A stretch of DNA of 63,871 nt, the filler included, from Choristocarpus tenellus KU-1152 (taxonomy: Eukaryota > Protista > Phaeophyceae), in NCBI GenBank assembly GCA_964200185.2. It is 7 parts of 7 records of this genome, joined end to end, with 100 filler letters (N's around TTAATTAATTAA, not from the genome) between each part and the next. Parts side by side here need not be neighbours in the genome. Positions count along the whole stretch, not along the records: positions 1 to 13,150 come from CAXNAD020001571.1; positions 13,251 to 18,797 come from CAXNAD020010455.1; 5 more parts are not named here. The stretch is one strand, 5' to 3'. The notes under the pieces were generated by a model, which worked only from the letters and a program-made list of their open reading frames with translations, ran no database searches and was not told the origin of the DNA. Of the stretch, positions 1 to 13,907 are shown one piece after another. Both the position numbers and the translations under genes were made by a program. How positions within the stretch are numbered: the first letter of the stretch is position 1; every line of letters starts with the position of its first letter.

Positions 1-260
1 ACATTTTATATACACATATATATGCATATAGTTTTCATTGGTTTCCCCCTGACACATCTGCAAAATGTCAGAGGGCATAATAATATAATAATAATTGCTG
101 ATAGTAAAATAGTAAATAGATAAATGTCTTTCACATTTACCACAACTTTTACTTAGGGATTTTTCTGGCATGTATGTGAATAGTTTTCATTGTTTCTCTT
201 TGACACTTCTACAAAATACCCGAAGGAATAATAATATAATATTAACGATAATAATAATAC
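1..260 (+). repeat. two tandem 5'-truncated copies of the CRE-like LINE 3'UTR with (TAA)n tails
   Basis: TAGTTTTCATTG...AAAATGTCAGAGGGCATAATAAT matches the reverse complement of about 28776-28920 and also 10190-10360. Confidence 0.6.
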
Positions 261-2937
261 CAAACAATAGACCTGTCTTCCCAGATCCAATTCTCCAACT
301 GTCGAGGCAAGGTGCTAATGTTGTCCCTCACTCAACTACGAAAAATTGCAGACATAAATGTATCAAGTATGACACTTTTCTATCACCCTCATTTGCAGAT
401 CAGAACTGTGTGCTCCGAAAGTATGAGTCACTAGAATGTCAGAGAGGCCCTTGTAAGTCTGCGACAATCCCCTCTCGTTTACAGTCCCTCATATATAGCC
501 TTGCAATAACACAAGAGTGAATTTACCTACATATTTTTTGTGCTTTTATTTCTACTTCTCGCGCAACCACCCTTGCTTCGGACAAAACAAAACAATCTCT
601 TTGCCCCATACAACAAAAAAAAGGAAAACCCAATGTTGTCCTTGATGAAAAAAATGAAGGAAAGGGCGGTCGTCTATGCTTATCCTAGCTTACAAACCAT
701 TATCAATTTCAAACTACCTCTCTCCACCTCTGGGCAGGACATAGGGTAGAGACGTCCAACGCATTACATGCGGCGAACCTCCAGACTTACCTATCTATCT
801 GTGGCAGTTCACGATGACAGGACCTGTTCGTAGAAGAAGAGGACATCGTGTCAATTTCAGGCAAACGTTGCTCGTTATTATTACACGGTGTAATACTGTA
901 CTTTGGTAGTGGGGTTACAATAGAAACCAGAGTTTCGGAATCAGATCTGCATTATTTCCAAAAACAGGTTCAGCTTCCCCCAAAATCGGAATTTGGAGAG
1001 CATTTAACAATTTCATGAGGACTACACCGACAATTGCAGTTGACCAGATTGTTTCTGGTGTGAGGCATACTGCACACCGTCAGTTCAACAAATAAGACCC
1101 TATTGCACGAACTTGTACATGTATGCGTACAATGGTTACCGGGACGCATTTTACCGGTCTGTCGACTCCACTAGAATCTTAACTTTTAGGGACAACGGAC
1201 GCATTTTACGACCTTAGCCTCTATTACCATCATGTGTACGTATGACGGGAAAGTACTAGGGAGCAGTAGCGTGGTGTAACACCTTCCTCTTGAGTCATTG
1301 CTGGACGTTCATACGTCGAAACCTGCTCCGTATTGATATTGCTACATAGTTAAGAGTGGTTGTCCAACAGGCTAGACATCAGGCACAAAGGAGAGAGTCA
1401 AATATGTGGGCATGTACTTAAAATAAATATAATCAACAAGACGAATGTCCACATCAAGACACAGTAATTTTAGGTTGAATTCACTCCCAAGTAACAACTG
1501 TGGGGTGACAACTTCTTCATGAAAGAAAGGACCGTGTTCTGGCAATACATTGACGCCAGTAGCTGTCCCTCTCTACAACAGTAGTGCCTTAAAACAAAAA
1601 AAGGCATCACCATTCCTTATCTCAACAAGAGACCAAGGTGAGAGACCAGAACATACACAAGCACTACTACAAGGGATTAAGACCAAGCACAAGAAGGCAA
1701 AAAGGGCTTAAGAATAATCGATTACCTTGACCAAAAGACAAGAACTCCCTGGGGAAAACCTCAAACCATCCTATTCCAACAACCAGAGCTGTAGCACATA
1801 CGACACTTAGACATAGGGTAACCATATGGACGCCATTGATCAGCACGAACAAGAGATGGTTGTACCAGTGTAGCATACTGGTACCCTTTGCTATCCCTTC
1901 TCTCCAACCCTCAAGGGTTGCATCCACCCACTATGTCTACCACCACAACTCACAAGGAAATTTTTCAATCTTCCAATTCCCTCTCTAGCTTGTGCAAAAC
2001 GCTCAAGCAAGGCTGCTACAGACAATCAGAACACCGTTTGTCGTCAGATCAACCTGCCATGGCATGCAAAAACGCTCCAATGCACAGTACAGCACAACAA
2101 TAAGGCGCACCAATGCACCCCCACGCCTTCTGCATGTGCCAGAATTCGAAGAGGGATTTGAAGTCTCAGATCCTTTTCCCTATGCCTTAAAAGGCATCAC
2201 AGGTCAATCACACCAAACAGAAAAATCATCCCCTCACACTAAATAACTCTTGGGTGTGTTCTAATATATATCTTTGAAATGTGCCACAGATGAGATCATC
2301 CAAGACAGCAACTATCTGGGGTCTAGCTAAAAATGACAGCTGCAGTTCAGTGTGTGTCCACCAGGCCATGCCGTTGTATGAAATGATTTTAGGCTTGCAC
2401 TAATCGTAGCTCTTGAGCTTGCTGTGCTAGGGGGCACTGCCCTGTCATCTTCACGCTGATGTCTCCACTTCTCCTTCCACCTGAACAGGGATAGGACAAC
2501 AACAGGGTCATGTCGTGACCGGTTGGGGTATGGTCCTTTGGACAAAACAAGAGAGTATCAAGCTTTGTGTCACTATGCAAGTTAATCATGCCCCAATAAA
2601 TGTAAGAAACCATGGACAACCTGTGGTTGACAGGATCATAGTGACTAAAAGACATGGATGACCTTCAGTTGATAAGATATTAGCAATTAACTAAACAAAA
2701 AAAAAAGTACTTCCTATCCTAACTGAAACTGTTTGATTCCACTTGTCGAAAAAGGTTTAGCACTCATGCATGTGCCACTCCCAGTACTGAGCTAAATTTT
2801 TCCTTGTAGCGCCTTCCTGTGCTCAGCTCTTCTAGTGCCACACATTAAATTATCCTCACAACAATTTGTAGCACCTAGGGTCGTGCGTGCGCATGCTCCT
2901 CCTCAATTGAGTACATTTTTTTATAGCCAAAACAATT

Positions 2938-3168
2938 GAGAGGTAGGCAGGGTGGCATTCTAATGTTACAAAGGAACAGTAAATATATGTTACTTTGTAC
3001 AATTGAGAAAGAGCCTATAGATGAACTGTGGCGTCACTTCTTGTGTGGAAAGGGGTAATACTAATTTAGTGTACACTATTGTCTGTATGCATTGATGAAA
3101 AATAGTGTATTGTACAGGGGATGAAAGGTGGCCAAGAATGCAAAACTGTCCAAACCTGCCTACCTCTC
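2938..3168. mobile_element. MITE, TIR GAGAGGTAGGCAGG, TSD AATT (Sola-like)
   Basis: aatt|GAGAGGTAGGCAGG ... CCTGCCTACCTCTC|aatt. Confidence 0.7.
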
Positions 3169-6100
3169 AATTAATCTGTCTCCTTTCAGCCAACTAAATT
3201 GATGTCCACACATCTTTTCCAGAATTGAACCCGGAGTGACCCACAATACGACAAAAACCCTCCAACCACTCACACAGGGGATTTGAAAACAGAGATTGAG
3301 GACACAAAGAGCATATCAAAAAACAAATACAGTAAAATGAACTTACTATAGACCCTTGGGGTTGACAAAAGCAGAAGCAAGAAGAAGAATGAGGGGGAGG
3401 GGGAGGAACACGATGTGTTTGATTGTCAGGACCTCATTTGAAGTACGGTAACACACTAAGGTTCATAGAATAACCAGATTTCGTACAATGATGTGAAATG
3501 GATTAAAGCAAGCCACTTACACCACGAAGGGTAGTCTGAGCACCCCAACACAAAACCTACTGCACTCCCTTGGAGGCCTACCTGCTATCATTACCAAATA
3601 CAACTCCAAATAATAGGGCTTTTCAATGGGCCGGGCAGTTAGCATGTCCACAGACAGGCATACCAGCCTATGTCCCAGTCATGTTGAGAAGCGGTTGATG
3701 ACCAAGGACTCGGTCTGAACTTAGTTGTACAGGGCCAGTCGGTGGCCCCAGGCCATGTTAGAACATTTTCTTTATGGCAGACAAGGCAGTATTTGACAAT
3801 TGGGCCAGAGACGTCATGGGCATACCTCCCTATTTTCTATTCACTCTAGTTGTATTTTGTATCCTATACTGCTAGGGTAAGTACTAAATACAAAATGTGT
3901 ATCGATATTCCCATACTATATTCTTTCTAATAATGTTAAGAGAGTGTTGAACACAAACACACATCTTTGTTGTGTATTGGTGTGTTGATGGCAGAGGTGG
4001 TTTGTGACTTTAAGGTTTTTCTTGACACTATACACACATATATACCTCCTAAACTTCTCACCGAATATAAACATGTGTGTGCATGTATATATTCATGATT
4101 ACGAACCAACAAATTCCCAAGAGATTTGAAAAACTATGTAGATGCACACATCACTCCAGAATGACTAAGCCTTGGACAAGTACACATTTTTCCTGGACCA
4201 GTACAACACATAGCGGACACGGACTGCACATGCCAAAAAAAAGCTGAGAATAAACCAGGGGGCCATGGTCTCGACATACATACAAAAAATTAGACAGGTC
4301 GGCCTGGGGACACAGACCAGTACAATTACCTGGTCCAGATATGTTAATCGAATGGTATATCCACTAGAGCTGACAGACATGGACCAGTACAACATCCACT
4401 GAAATTGGTCTGGACATATTGGAGACTATTTGACCCAGTCCTGCCAACGGGCACGTACCAGGGCATGTTAAAAGAAGCACGGGAACGGTGCACTCAGCAA
4501 ACAAGATTCTATTTCAATTTGATGGCCCCCATTACAAAAGTTCACATTTTTTTTTTTTTGAGCACGTGTGTCGGGTGAAATAAAATAATCGTTCAGTCAA
4601 GCAGAGTTATTAGCTACGGGGTCAAAAATTCAAATTTGAACTTTCAAACAAGTCCCTTAAAAAAATCCACATCTGAGAAAAAAAAATCTCCAGAACGATG
4701 TTGAAGGTAGAGCACCTGGTCCCAGGGCATGAAAACACCAGGCCCTGAAACTGAAAAATTAACGCCGCTGAGTTTGGTTGCTCACTTTTGAGGACTGTGA
4801 TCACAAGACGCCAGGATTCCAAATTCTCAAGATAGACTGTACTAATCCACACCACACTTGGCATGATGAAAAGGCGAGGGGCATCCCCAAGCACCAACGG
4901 GAAGATCCTCTTGGAGAGTACTTCCTTCCAGTTGGCATGAGACCTGTGGCAAGGTCCAGATAGGCGCCTAATCACAAATCACACAAAAAGTACGTGTATG
5001 ACTGCAATGACGTCGGCTCATGTAACGATCGTGCCATCATGGATGGAGGTTGGACAATGTACATGGTGTTGTTTTATCCTTTGGTCGCAAGGGACAGCCA
5101 AGATCAAACCTGGCTGAAGGAGGAAAAATGCACAAGTGTACAGGGGAGAGGAGATAGGGCTGTGGATAACGAATGCCACGAAACAGCAAATAACAGAGGT
5201 TAAATAAATTCGGAAGAAATGAGTCAGAACAAACCCAAAAGGTCACCAAGACCTCATTCTCTGACAAAACAAAAGTTCGATAGACTGAACAATATCTTGA
5301 GCAGCATCCCAAAAAAGGAATTACCTCAAGCCCAGGGGGGGGGAGGCATTACCCAAGAGTCCTCGCCTCACTAGCAAAGTCACAAGTCCAAAACAGTGAC
5401 GCTTGCGACTTGCAAAACACACATTCCCATGTTCTACCCTAACCCTAACCCTAACCTTAGAGGATGGCACTCAGAGGAATGGGAAGATGGGCAATTGACC
5501 GCTGGCAGAACAAGTTGTAGCAAGCTGATGATGTTGTAGTCGTGGACAAGGGACTATGGAGACCCTGCGACAGTCTTCAGCTGTCTGCAGACAAAGAGTA
5601 GGTTGGTTTCACTCAGAAAACCCTAACCCTAACCCTTCTCCAAAGTATGAAGACACACTAAGTGTAGGATGCTAAGCCCCATGAGAAGGACCGCCAGAGT
5701 CCCTTTCACATAGGATGAGACTGCATTGAACCACTCAGTAAATATTTAACTTAAAAAAAAGGAGAGAGAAAGAGAGAGAGCGAGAGAGAGAGAGAGAGAG
5801 CAAGAAGCAGGAAGGATAGGCCCAGAGAGTAGTGCGTGTAGATGGGTCTTCAGCGGCCAAGGGAATGAAATTCCTGTGGGCTGAGGGGAAGAACGTAAGA
5901 GCTTGGGAGGTACGGATCCATTTTCCACCAAATATAAAACAGAGTGTGGTGATGATACATACTAACATTTTCTAACTTCCCAGGTCTCCTTTGTCCTAGG
6001 GTGCGGCATATCCCACCCTGCCAAAAAAAAATATGTGGTGCATGAGCAACGACTGTAACCAAGGAATCAATCATCAATCAACTCATCCACACAAAAAAAG

Positions 6101-6724
6101 AGAAAAATCCATCCAGGCCATGAAGTAGGGACTTGCATCAGTCCATAAATACACAAGATAGAGGCACACAGTCAACAGCTGTACAGGAACTGCAAAACGA
6201 CGACCACATAGTTCGTTTCACAGCACCGTCTAGGCAACTCTATACTTTTTCTCATTACCATAAATCCAGGAAAATCGGGCACATGCAGGATCCTAATGAG
6301 GTACAAAATAGGACGCATTTCCACCTGAGTAGCATCTCCTTTTGCACCTTGCAGCGTACATGCACCTACACACACCCACAGCTAATTCCTTGGAAGGCTT
6401 TACTGTACTACACCGCCTGCCAACTATCATTTATGTGGTACCAAGCCCCAGACTTCACTATACCACTTTGCCTGAGTCCTAGTTGAATATGTCGACTGTG
6501 AGAGATGAACATACATAGTGCCACTGAAGTGTTACCACCAAACCCTAACCCTAACCCTAACCCTAACTGCCAACAGCGAGATTGTTTCCTGTCTTTTGGT
6601 AATCTAACAACAAGAGCGAATGATCAACCAAAGGAAGATTGCTCCATGTCATGCCAAGGACAAAATGGGCTTGTGAACAAGAAACTCACGACTGGAATTT
6701 GTGGAAAATACTTGGGAGTTTACT

Positions 6725-7706
6725 CTAGCCCTCAACTACACCTACCCCCCATCGTTCCCCAAATGCACTCACCCCCTCTTCTTCCCCCTTGATTGGCTCA
6801 GCCTCCTGAGGTGCAGCTACTATTTCAGGCCCTGCCTTGCCTGCCTCAGCCTCCTCGACTGCACTTACTACTTCAGGCCCTGCCTTGCCTGCCTCAGACT
6901 CCTCATTAGCCCCACTCGCAGCAGCTGCACCCGCTGCTGCTCCTGCATCCCCCCCAGCCCCAGCCTCTCCTGCTGCGGCCACCGCAGGGCCATCCACACT
7001 TGTCTGCGAGGACATTAACGCCTCATACTTGTCCTGTGCCTCCTTCATTTTCTCTGGGTCTTGCAGCAACAACTGTTACATACGTCCATGCAAATCGTAA
7101 ACAGAAGGAAGTAATCAATTACCGGAACATTTTGCCTACTGCTTTAGAACAGAAAATATTCCTTTTTAAACAACAACAGAAAAGGCACTGATACATGAAG
7201 AAAAGAGCCCCAGGCTATACGGTGATGAAATGATGGGGATGGATGCACATCAAAAAAGAAAAAAACTCACCGATGCACATCAAAAAAGAAAAAAACTCAC
7301 CGATGCACACACACAAACTCGAATTCAAATTCATTGCAAAAGAAAAAACAGAGTAGGCAGGAGGATAAGAATAAAACCTTACCCCCCCCCCCCCCCCAAA
7401 TTCCCTCCCTCATTCTACACATGGTGTGCATGTACAACTCAACACCGAGTGGGTTTTGAACTTGAGAAGATTCAACAAAATGAATGACTTATTACCACAG
7501 ATTCAACCTCAAAACACCACGTACATAATTCCCCTCTCCTCCCCCCCCACCTCCCGTTTACACACAGATTAATAAAACCCACTCATCTTTGGGTTCCTCT
7601 TCAAAATACACAGGATTAGACCATCCAATGCCGACGTGTCGAACACCTATGAACTGCAGACCTTGAACTATCCAACCCCTTCCTATACTAACCTTGAAAT
7701 AAAAAC

Positions 7707-7741
<35 letters not shown>

Positions 7742-9418
7742 TCAACAATACACAGCCAAGCACCTGGAACTTTCTTTGCGCCTCTTCCATAGCAGTCTGA
7801 AACGCAGGGTTCTGCTTGAGCGTTTCCATGTACCGATTCATCTCCTGCTTGAACTCTGGGTCGTTCATCATTGCTTCCGCCTCCTTCACCGCACTAGGAT
7901 CCCCGAGCATTCCCATAGCCTCTGAGAACATGGCGGGATTTTTTGTCGCCTGCAGAGAACAGTAACAACCAATAGGAGGACCAGCAGCACACAACAAAAA
8001 AGAAAAGGAATGTATGTGTTGACCGACCCATCACTGATGTAGGATACACCATCTATGTCAAATCACAAAAAAAGGTATTGGGGGTACCTTATTATTGCAG
8101 CAAACAAGGGGACTACCGGCTTTTTTTTCGAGGAGACTGTGGGGGCTGGGGTAGGGGTAGGGTTAGGGGATGTAGAATGTTAAGTCAGAGCACAGTAGCA
8201 GAGAAGATCAGTTGCTGGTGGAAGAGGAAGGGATATTGGTGTCAGGAGACAAACTTGGATAGATTTCCGCTTGTGAAGGAGAGTAAAAACGTTCTCTACA
8301 ATTTGAGGAATGGCAAGCAGGAAGCAATGTAGCTTCCTCATCTGTCACTCCCCAAAAATGCTATCCTCCTCACTTGAATTCATTGCTGAGGTATGTATAC
8401 AGTGAAGATCAAGTCGTAAGTGCTCTTGCCTGGAATCATGTAAAGGTTACTCTACTGCTACTGTACTGTTTTACCACGTGTGCCATGGAGCGACATGTCT
8501 CACAAGAGCACAGGATGTGCAAACATGTGAGGAAGGTGTTTGAGAGTGAAGAGAGCATTGTGTCAACTGAAAGCATGTCCTACACCAATACAGAGGCAGG
8601 TGAATGTGAGGGATATTGCATCAATATTTAGCTACTTTGAACATACACAGTGCACATATCAGTAACGGCCAAGGTCAAGTAATGTGCATCATATGTAGTG
8701 GTCGACCAGGTACTCCACAAGAACAATATCCATCATGAAGGCAATCCACTGAACACCCACTGCTACATCTTGACCACAGCTGTTTGATGGCATGATCCAG
8801 AGGGAAGACTAGATGGAACAGCTCTTCAATCAGGACAGTAGCATTCATTTAGGACGATAGACTAACTTCGACAGAGACCACATATTACTGTTCTAGCACA
8901 TCGCTGTAGGTACCTGCGTAAATCCTTTCATTCCGATGCGGGCATTCTCTGCCCCAGTTCGTGGGATGTACCCTGTGCCATTTTGCACCGCCAGCCGCTG
9001 TGCCTCCTCCATCTCCTGCTCGTTACTTTAAGCGGCAGGGAAAACAATATTTTGTGATGTACAAGAGGAGGGTCAACAACATGCCGTGGAAGACTTTGGC
9101 AAAGGACAACATCTCAATCGAGGAGGATTTGGAAAGCGATAAAACTGTTTTCTGAAGCTGAAGCGCCAATGGGGGAATATTGCATCCACAGCAGAAGCGA
9201 GGAGAAGCTAAGAGGGGAAATTTTGACTTGGGACGGCACTTGCGATAAGTAGGAGTGAGAGTAGCGTCCCAAAGGACATGATTTGAGTTAATGCGTTGCA
9301 TGTCGAGTCACCTGAGCATCTCATCAAGTCCCGAAAGGTCGTCCTTGTTAGCTGCATTGCTCTTTGTAGGCTTTCCCTTTGCACCCTTGGATTTCTTCTT
9401 GTTGGTCTTGGCTGGCAT
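6725..9418 (-). CDS. STI1/HOP-DP repeat protein (multi-exon; 5' and 3' ends uncertain)
   Basis: Phase-consistent GT-AG exons are 9418-9312 (MPAKTNKKKSKG...DEML), 9025-8914 (SNEQEMEEAQ...ARIGMKGFTQ), 7949-7764 (ATKNPAMFSEAMGMLGDPSAVKEAEAMMNDPEFKQEM...QNPAFQ) and 7072-6773/6725 (LLLQDPEKMKEAQ + Ala/Glu-rich tail). Met-rich helices with NP/DP motifs are typical of STI1 domains. A GTGAGT donor at 6772 may splice to a terminal exon at 2480-2451 (VEGEVETSA*) or 5584-5471. Confidence 0.7.
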
Positions 9419-10189
9419 GGTTGTAGTTGCTACAAAGAGGGAGATTGGGGGTGGGGTTATTTCGGCAATAGGACTTGGGCATAGAGTAACTTAATTTGTG
9501 ATGGTCATGGGGAGAAAGCCCCTAACGTCTACACAGGGCTACAGGTGCCGTGTCACCAAGATCGAGTTATAGAAATCAGTCCAGGAGCATGTGCCAACAA
9601 GACTTCCCATACTCGGCAACCTAAGCGAGGTTGAAGATACAACACTAATCGCTCTACGCCAAGAATACCTTCTTGAAAGAGGTCACGTAACTTAACCCAA
9701 GGGAGAATTTTTCAATTAAGGTCGTTCTACGGAAATATGGGGATTTTTCAATTGCTTATACTTGGTGGGAGGGAGGGGGTTGAGAAGGGGACAACACCCA
9801 GACATCAAAGGCGATGAAACATTACCTGCGGCAGAATACAGATCATGAGGGTAAGGCTGACTTAGAGTAGTAGTCTATTCATACCCTGTTGATACCGAGC
9901 TCACCTGTTTTAACCTGTGTGAAATCGCCGTGTGCTTGGATCACAAGAAGTGAGGATCACAACAAGTGGCATGTTCGGTTCATGAGAGAGGATTGGTTTG
10001 GGTTGCCCAGAAAAACAAAAATATTTCACGATCACCTTCAATCGATCAGTGAAGTACGTGTATAATGACATAAACAAACATCGATACATTTTACAAATTA
10101 TCCAAACCTCGCGCAATCAACCCTTCACTCTTTCGCGCATCCGCGCATTCGCGCACTTTATTTATTATGATATAGATCAAATAGATTAT

Positions 10190-10362
10190 TAGTGTCTTTC
10201 ACATTTATGACATTTTATTTCCTTAGGGCTTTTACTGACAATGTGTATCACGCATTGTCTTAGTATTCTTATGTTGAAGACATTTTATATACACATATGT
10301 GTATAGTTTTCACTGGTTTCCCCGACACATCTGGAAAATGTCAGAGGGCATAATAATAAAAA
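10190..10362 (+). repeat. 5'-truncated LINE 3'UTR copy
   Basis: Near-identical to 1-90 and ends GTCAGAGGGCATAATAATAAAA. Confidence 0.6.
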
Positions 10363-11465
10363 TATAGATGACGATCGTTGACAGTTTCCTCGTTGGCGAA
10401 GGTGTTCGCATCCTCCCTCTAGCCCTATCGGAAGCTTGGCGCTACCCAGATACTGCAATGATGATAGTAACCCTACTCCAATCGACATTTTCTTTGACTC
10501 TCTTGACCGCAACCACTCTCAAGGACAGTAACCATTCTTAGGACAACAGTTGGTGGAAAATGCCCATATCGGATAACATGCACAAGTTCACGAAGAGTAT
10601 TTCCTCTGTGCTTCGGCAACAATCAGGAATCTCACAGGTACATGGAATGGTACGCTTACGAGATTCACCTATTATCAAGGAGGATCTCAATGTCTTCCAA
10701 CCCCTCTTGGGCGCGCGTGCAATTATCCCACCTGTTACGATGTTTTATTACCTGTTCTTACTTCTCTCTCGAACTCTTCCTGTGCAGATTGCCGTGGAAA
10801 GTGGAGACGCCCGTGGCGGCGAAGGCCTATTTAGTCCTACCCACAACCCGGATTGCGCGAGATCCATGGTTGAGCAATTAGAGAGGCAGGTACACTCAAT
10901 TCTTTTGAGACAATGTGGTCATTTTTCGTGTCAACATCTGAACCATGCTGGGAATGTAGGTAAAATGTCAATGTGATATTGTAGGGTTCGCAGAGAGTTA
11001 TCTCACAGTTTAAATTATCATCTCCTGTCCCCACTTATGCGAGTGCGAATTCTGCATGGGTGTTGCAATGCAGATTGGTATATTCGGAAAGATTAGCGCC
11101 TGGTAGATAAGCTCGAGATCAAGCATTCAGCACAAGTCCAGAGCCACACACGTCCATCTATTTCTGACAGCCTTACACGCAGTCATTTTACACATTATAT
11201 TCCCATAGGTAAAGAATGATACTAATAATATCGTCGTGACTACGATAAGTATATCGCATGGTGTTTTGTAACACCCATTAGTCGACAGCCATAAAATCTG
11301 TTGACCTAAGGACCTCTAGAGATGAGATTTTGAGGGGAGACAACGATGGTGAGAGCCGTTGTTATGAATAGCAAGCGGTGTTCCTGGTGAGGGTCTGACC
11401 AAAACTCGTACCTTGTAATATACTTTCACCCATGCACAACTCCTACGAAATCAGGTTTCAACACA

Positions 11466-11746
11466 GAGTGAAAGTATCTTAGAGGGTAGAGTCGCGTCCA
11501 TTTGGGGGCCAAAATCCAATGTTATGATTTTGGTGTAATTTTGGTTATCGTGTTTGTTAGGAAGTATCAATATCCAATTTCTGGACTCACCATTTCATAA
11601 GGCATATATTTTACCTACTCCAAAATATTTTGAGTATTATTTTGAGTATATTTGAGTAGGAAAATATCATAAAAAAAAGTCATGGGAAGCCAAGCTCCAA
11701 ATGGACAAACAGCGCAAAACTCACACCCTCTAAGATACTTTCACTC
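11466..11746. mobile_element. MITE family A copy
   Basis: TIR GAGTGAAAGTATCTTAGAGGGT / CCCTCTAAGATACTTTCACTC. Internal sequence is shared with 7 other copies. Confidence 0.85.
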
Positions 11747-12389
11747 GCCAACAAGCCATCTCTACGGGCCCCATGCTTCTTCTCTTTCAGCCCTCATCTC
11801 CACAGACAAGTGTAACCAGTCTCCCAGGTCCTATTTCCTCAATAGCCAAGTTTGGGGAGTGGGTCAGCTCAATAGGCTGGCGAAGAAAGAAAAGGCGGGA
11901 TTTCAAGAGCATTGGAAGCCCCATTTTCAGGAGAGTCAGTAAGCCAGTGGAACAGGTGCTGATCAATACTAAATGGTAGGAATAGGGCCTGTTTGCATGG
12001 GGGAAACCAAACCCATGAGCATGGTGTTTAAATGGTGAATGTGTGTGTGGCATGGTGGTGGTGGATATTGCATGTCTATGTCCGTTACATTTGTTGCCAC
12101 AAGCTGTCTTCCTGGAAAAACATTGTAATATACTATTCTTAACAACTGCTTTATGTCAATTGGTACCTAAACTGTGCAGTTCTCAAGCACCCTTTCTTCC
12201 TTAGCTAGCAGGAAAGGCACAATTGTTCTGATGAGATGCAATGTGAGATAAAGATTGATGATTCTTTGAGAGGAGAATCAAGCGTCTTTGATTGGTGGAT
12301 ACAGTTCCACAATATTTTTGCAAAGGGTGCCTTAGCCTCACCTATTTTTTTAGATGATAAACGTCTTCCACATGCAATAGATTGATAAA

Positions 12390-12426
<37 letters not shown>

Positions 12427-12953
12427 CATCAAACTCTTCCACGTACTTCCTCCATATTAATAAAATAGAACCTATTTGACTTCTCGAGTCGAGCAGCAAA
12501 GGAGAACCCCCAAAACGAAATCTCACCAGACAAGCCAAGCACAACGACCAAGGGTAACAGTGCACAAGTCTCAAGATATTTGAAAGATACCCGGTACATG
12601 AATGCTTTCAAATGTGTTGGACAACTGCAGTGCACTGTGGGGTGCAGTGTATGTATGTAGCATCCACTTCGTTTCCCGATGCTCTCCATTCACCCCAATG
12701 TGATGTTCAAGCAACCACATACTCCTCTTGACCTTCGTAAAAAAAAACAAAAACGTTCGACTGCAGAAGGAACCAGCAGGAGAAAAGGGAACGTCCCTAG
12801 ACGCTGAGCCTAGGGTGGACGATTCCCCCCCCTGGAAAAACGAATGGGCGGTTGGAGGGTCTATGGAAAAAGAGCTCCAAGAAATGATTCGGTTTCGAGC
12901 GGCCAGGCAAGGAGTTCCGCCTTCTTAACGAATTATTGCTGGAGAGAAGTATG

Positions 12954-13150
12954 GCTCAAAGTATCTGGGGGGGGGGGGGGGGGGGTGGTACCTGTCCATT
13001 TGGGGTCGATTTTTTCACTTCGCGATTTTTTTGTGTGATTTGGTTCCATACATCGAATGGATAATGCAAATGCACTTTTCCTGGTTATGGCCCAAATGGA
13101 CACCCTGATGTAGACCGCGCACCCCCCCCCCCCCCCCCCCCTCCTCCTCC
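12954..13150. mobile_element. MITE family C copy (G-run TIR), truncated by linker
   Basis: Begins GGCTCAAAGTATCTGGGG and is a reverse-complement homologue of 13727-13907. Confidence 0.6.
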
Positions 13151-13250
13151 NNNNNNNNNNNNNNNNNNNNNNNNNNNNNNNNNNNNNNNNNNNNTTAATT
13201 AATTAANNNNNNNNNNNNNNNNNNNNNNNNNNNNNNNNNNNNNNNNNNNN
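13151..13250. other. artificial contig linker
   Basis: 44 N + TTAATTAATTAA + 44 N (stop in all six frames). Confidence 0.97.
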
Positions 13251-13726
13251 CGAGCCTACAGTTTGGGTGTTTGATTGGGTGCAGGTGTGTGGGGGGGGGG
13301 GGCTGCCTGCTTGTGGTAAGAATAAGCACACGGCATTTGGGAAGTTTGGGTTTGCAGGAAACAATGGTGGGAGGGACCATGGATTAGGGAGGGGATGAGA
13401 GGGGTGCTGACATCATCGATTGTCGGATACTCTCAAGAGAGGCTGTTGGGTGTTTGTTTGTGGCATGTAGGAGGCGTAGGTAGAAGAAATAATTAAAAAA
13501 TGAACAAAAGTATATTTATATTCAGTGTGCTGAAATGGATTAAGAACTAGGTTTTTTATCATGCATGGTGGTGTCATCACATTGTGGTTTGACCATTTTG
13601 CAAGACCCTGCAGTATTGAATTGACGATTTTTCCTTTATGGAGCTTCCTACGAGTCTCGTGTACACCCTGCAGTCTTGTGGATTGAACCTACGTATCCTA
13701 TCACAGCAAGCTTGCATAGTGTTTGT

Positions 13727-13907
13727 GACCCAAACTATCTGGGGGAGGGGGGGGTCTACACTGGGGTGTCCGTTTGGACAAAGTCTGGAAAAGTTAATTT
13801 ACATTATTCAACTGACATACGCAACCAAATCACCCAAAAATCGTGACATGAAAAAATTGACAACAAATGGACAGCCGCCATCCCCCCCCCCCCAGATACT
13901 ATGTACC
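13727..13907. mobile_element. MITE family C copy, TSD TTGT
   Basis: ttgt|GACCCAAACTATCTGGGGG ... CCCCCAGATACTATGTACC|ttgt. Confidence 0.65.

Noticed and set aside
9820-9900. U1 snRNA-like start (ATTACCTG...GATCATGAGG)
   Set aside because: It is better explained as a minus-strand splice donor. No Sm site or U1 stem-loops were recognised.
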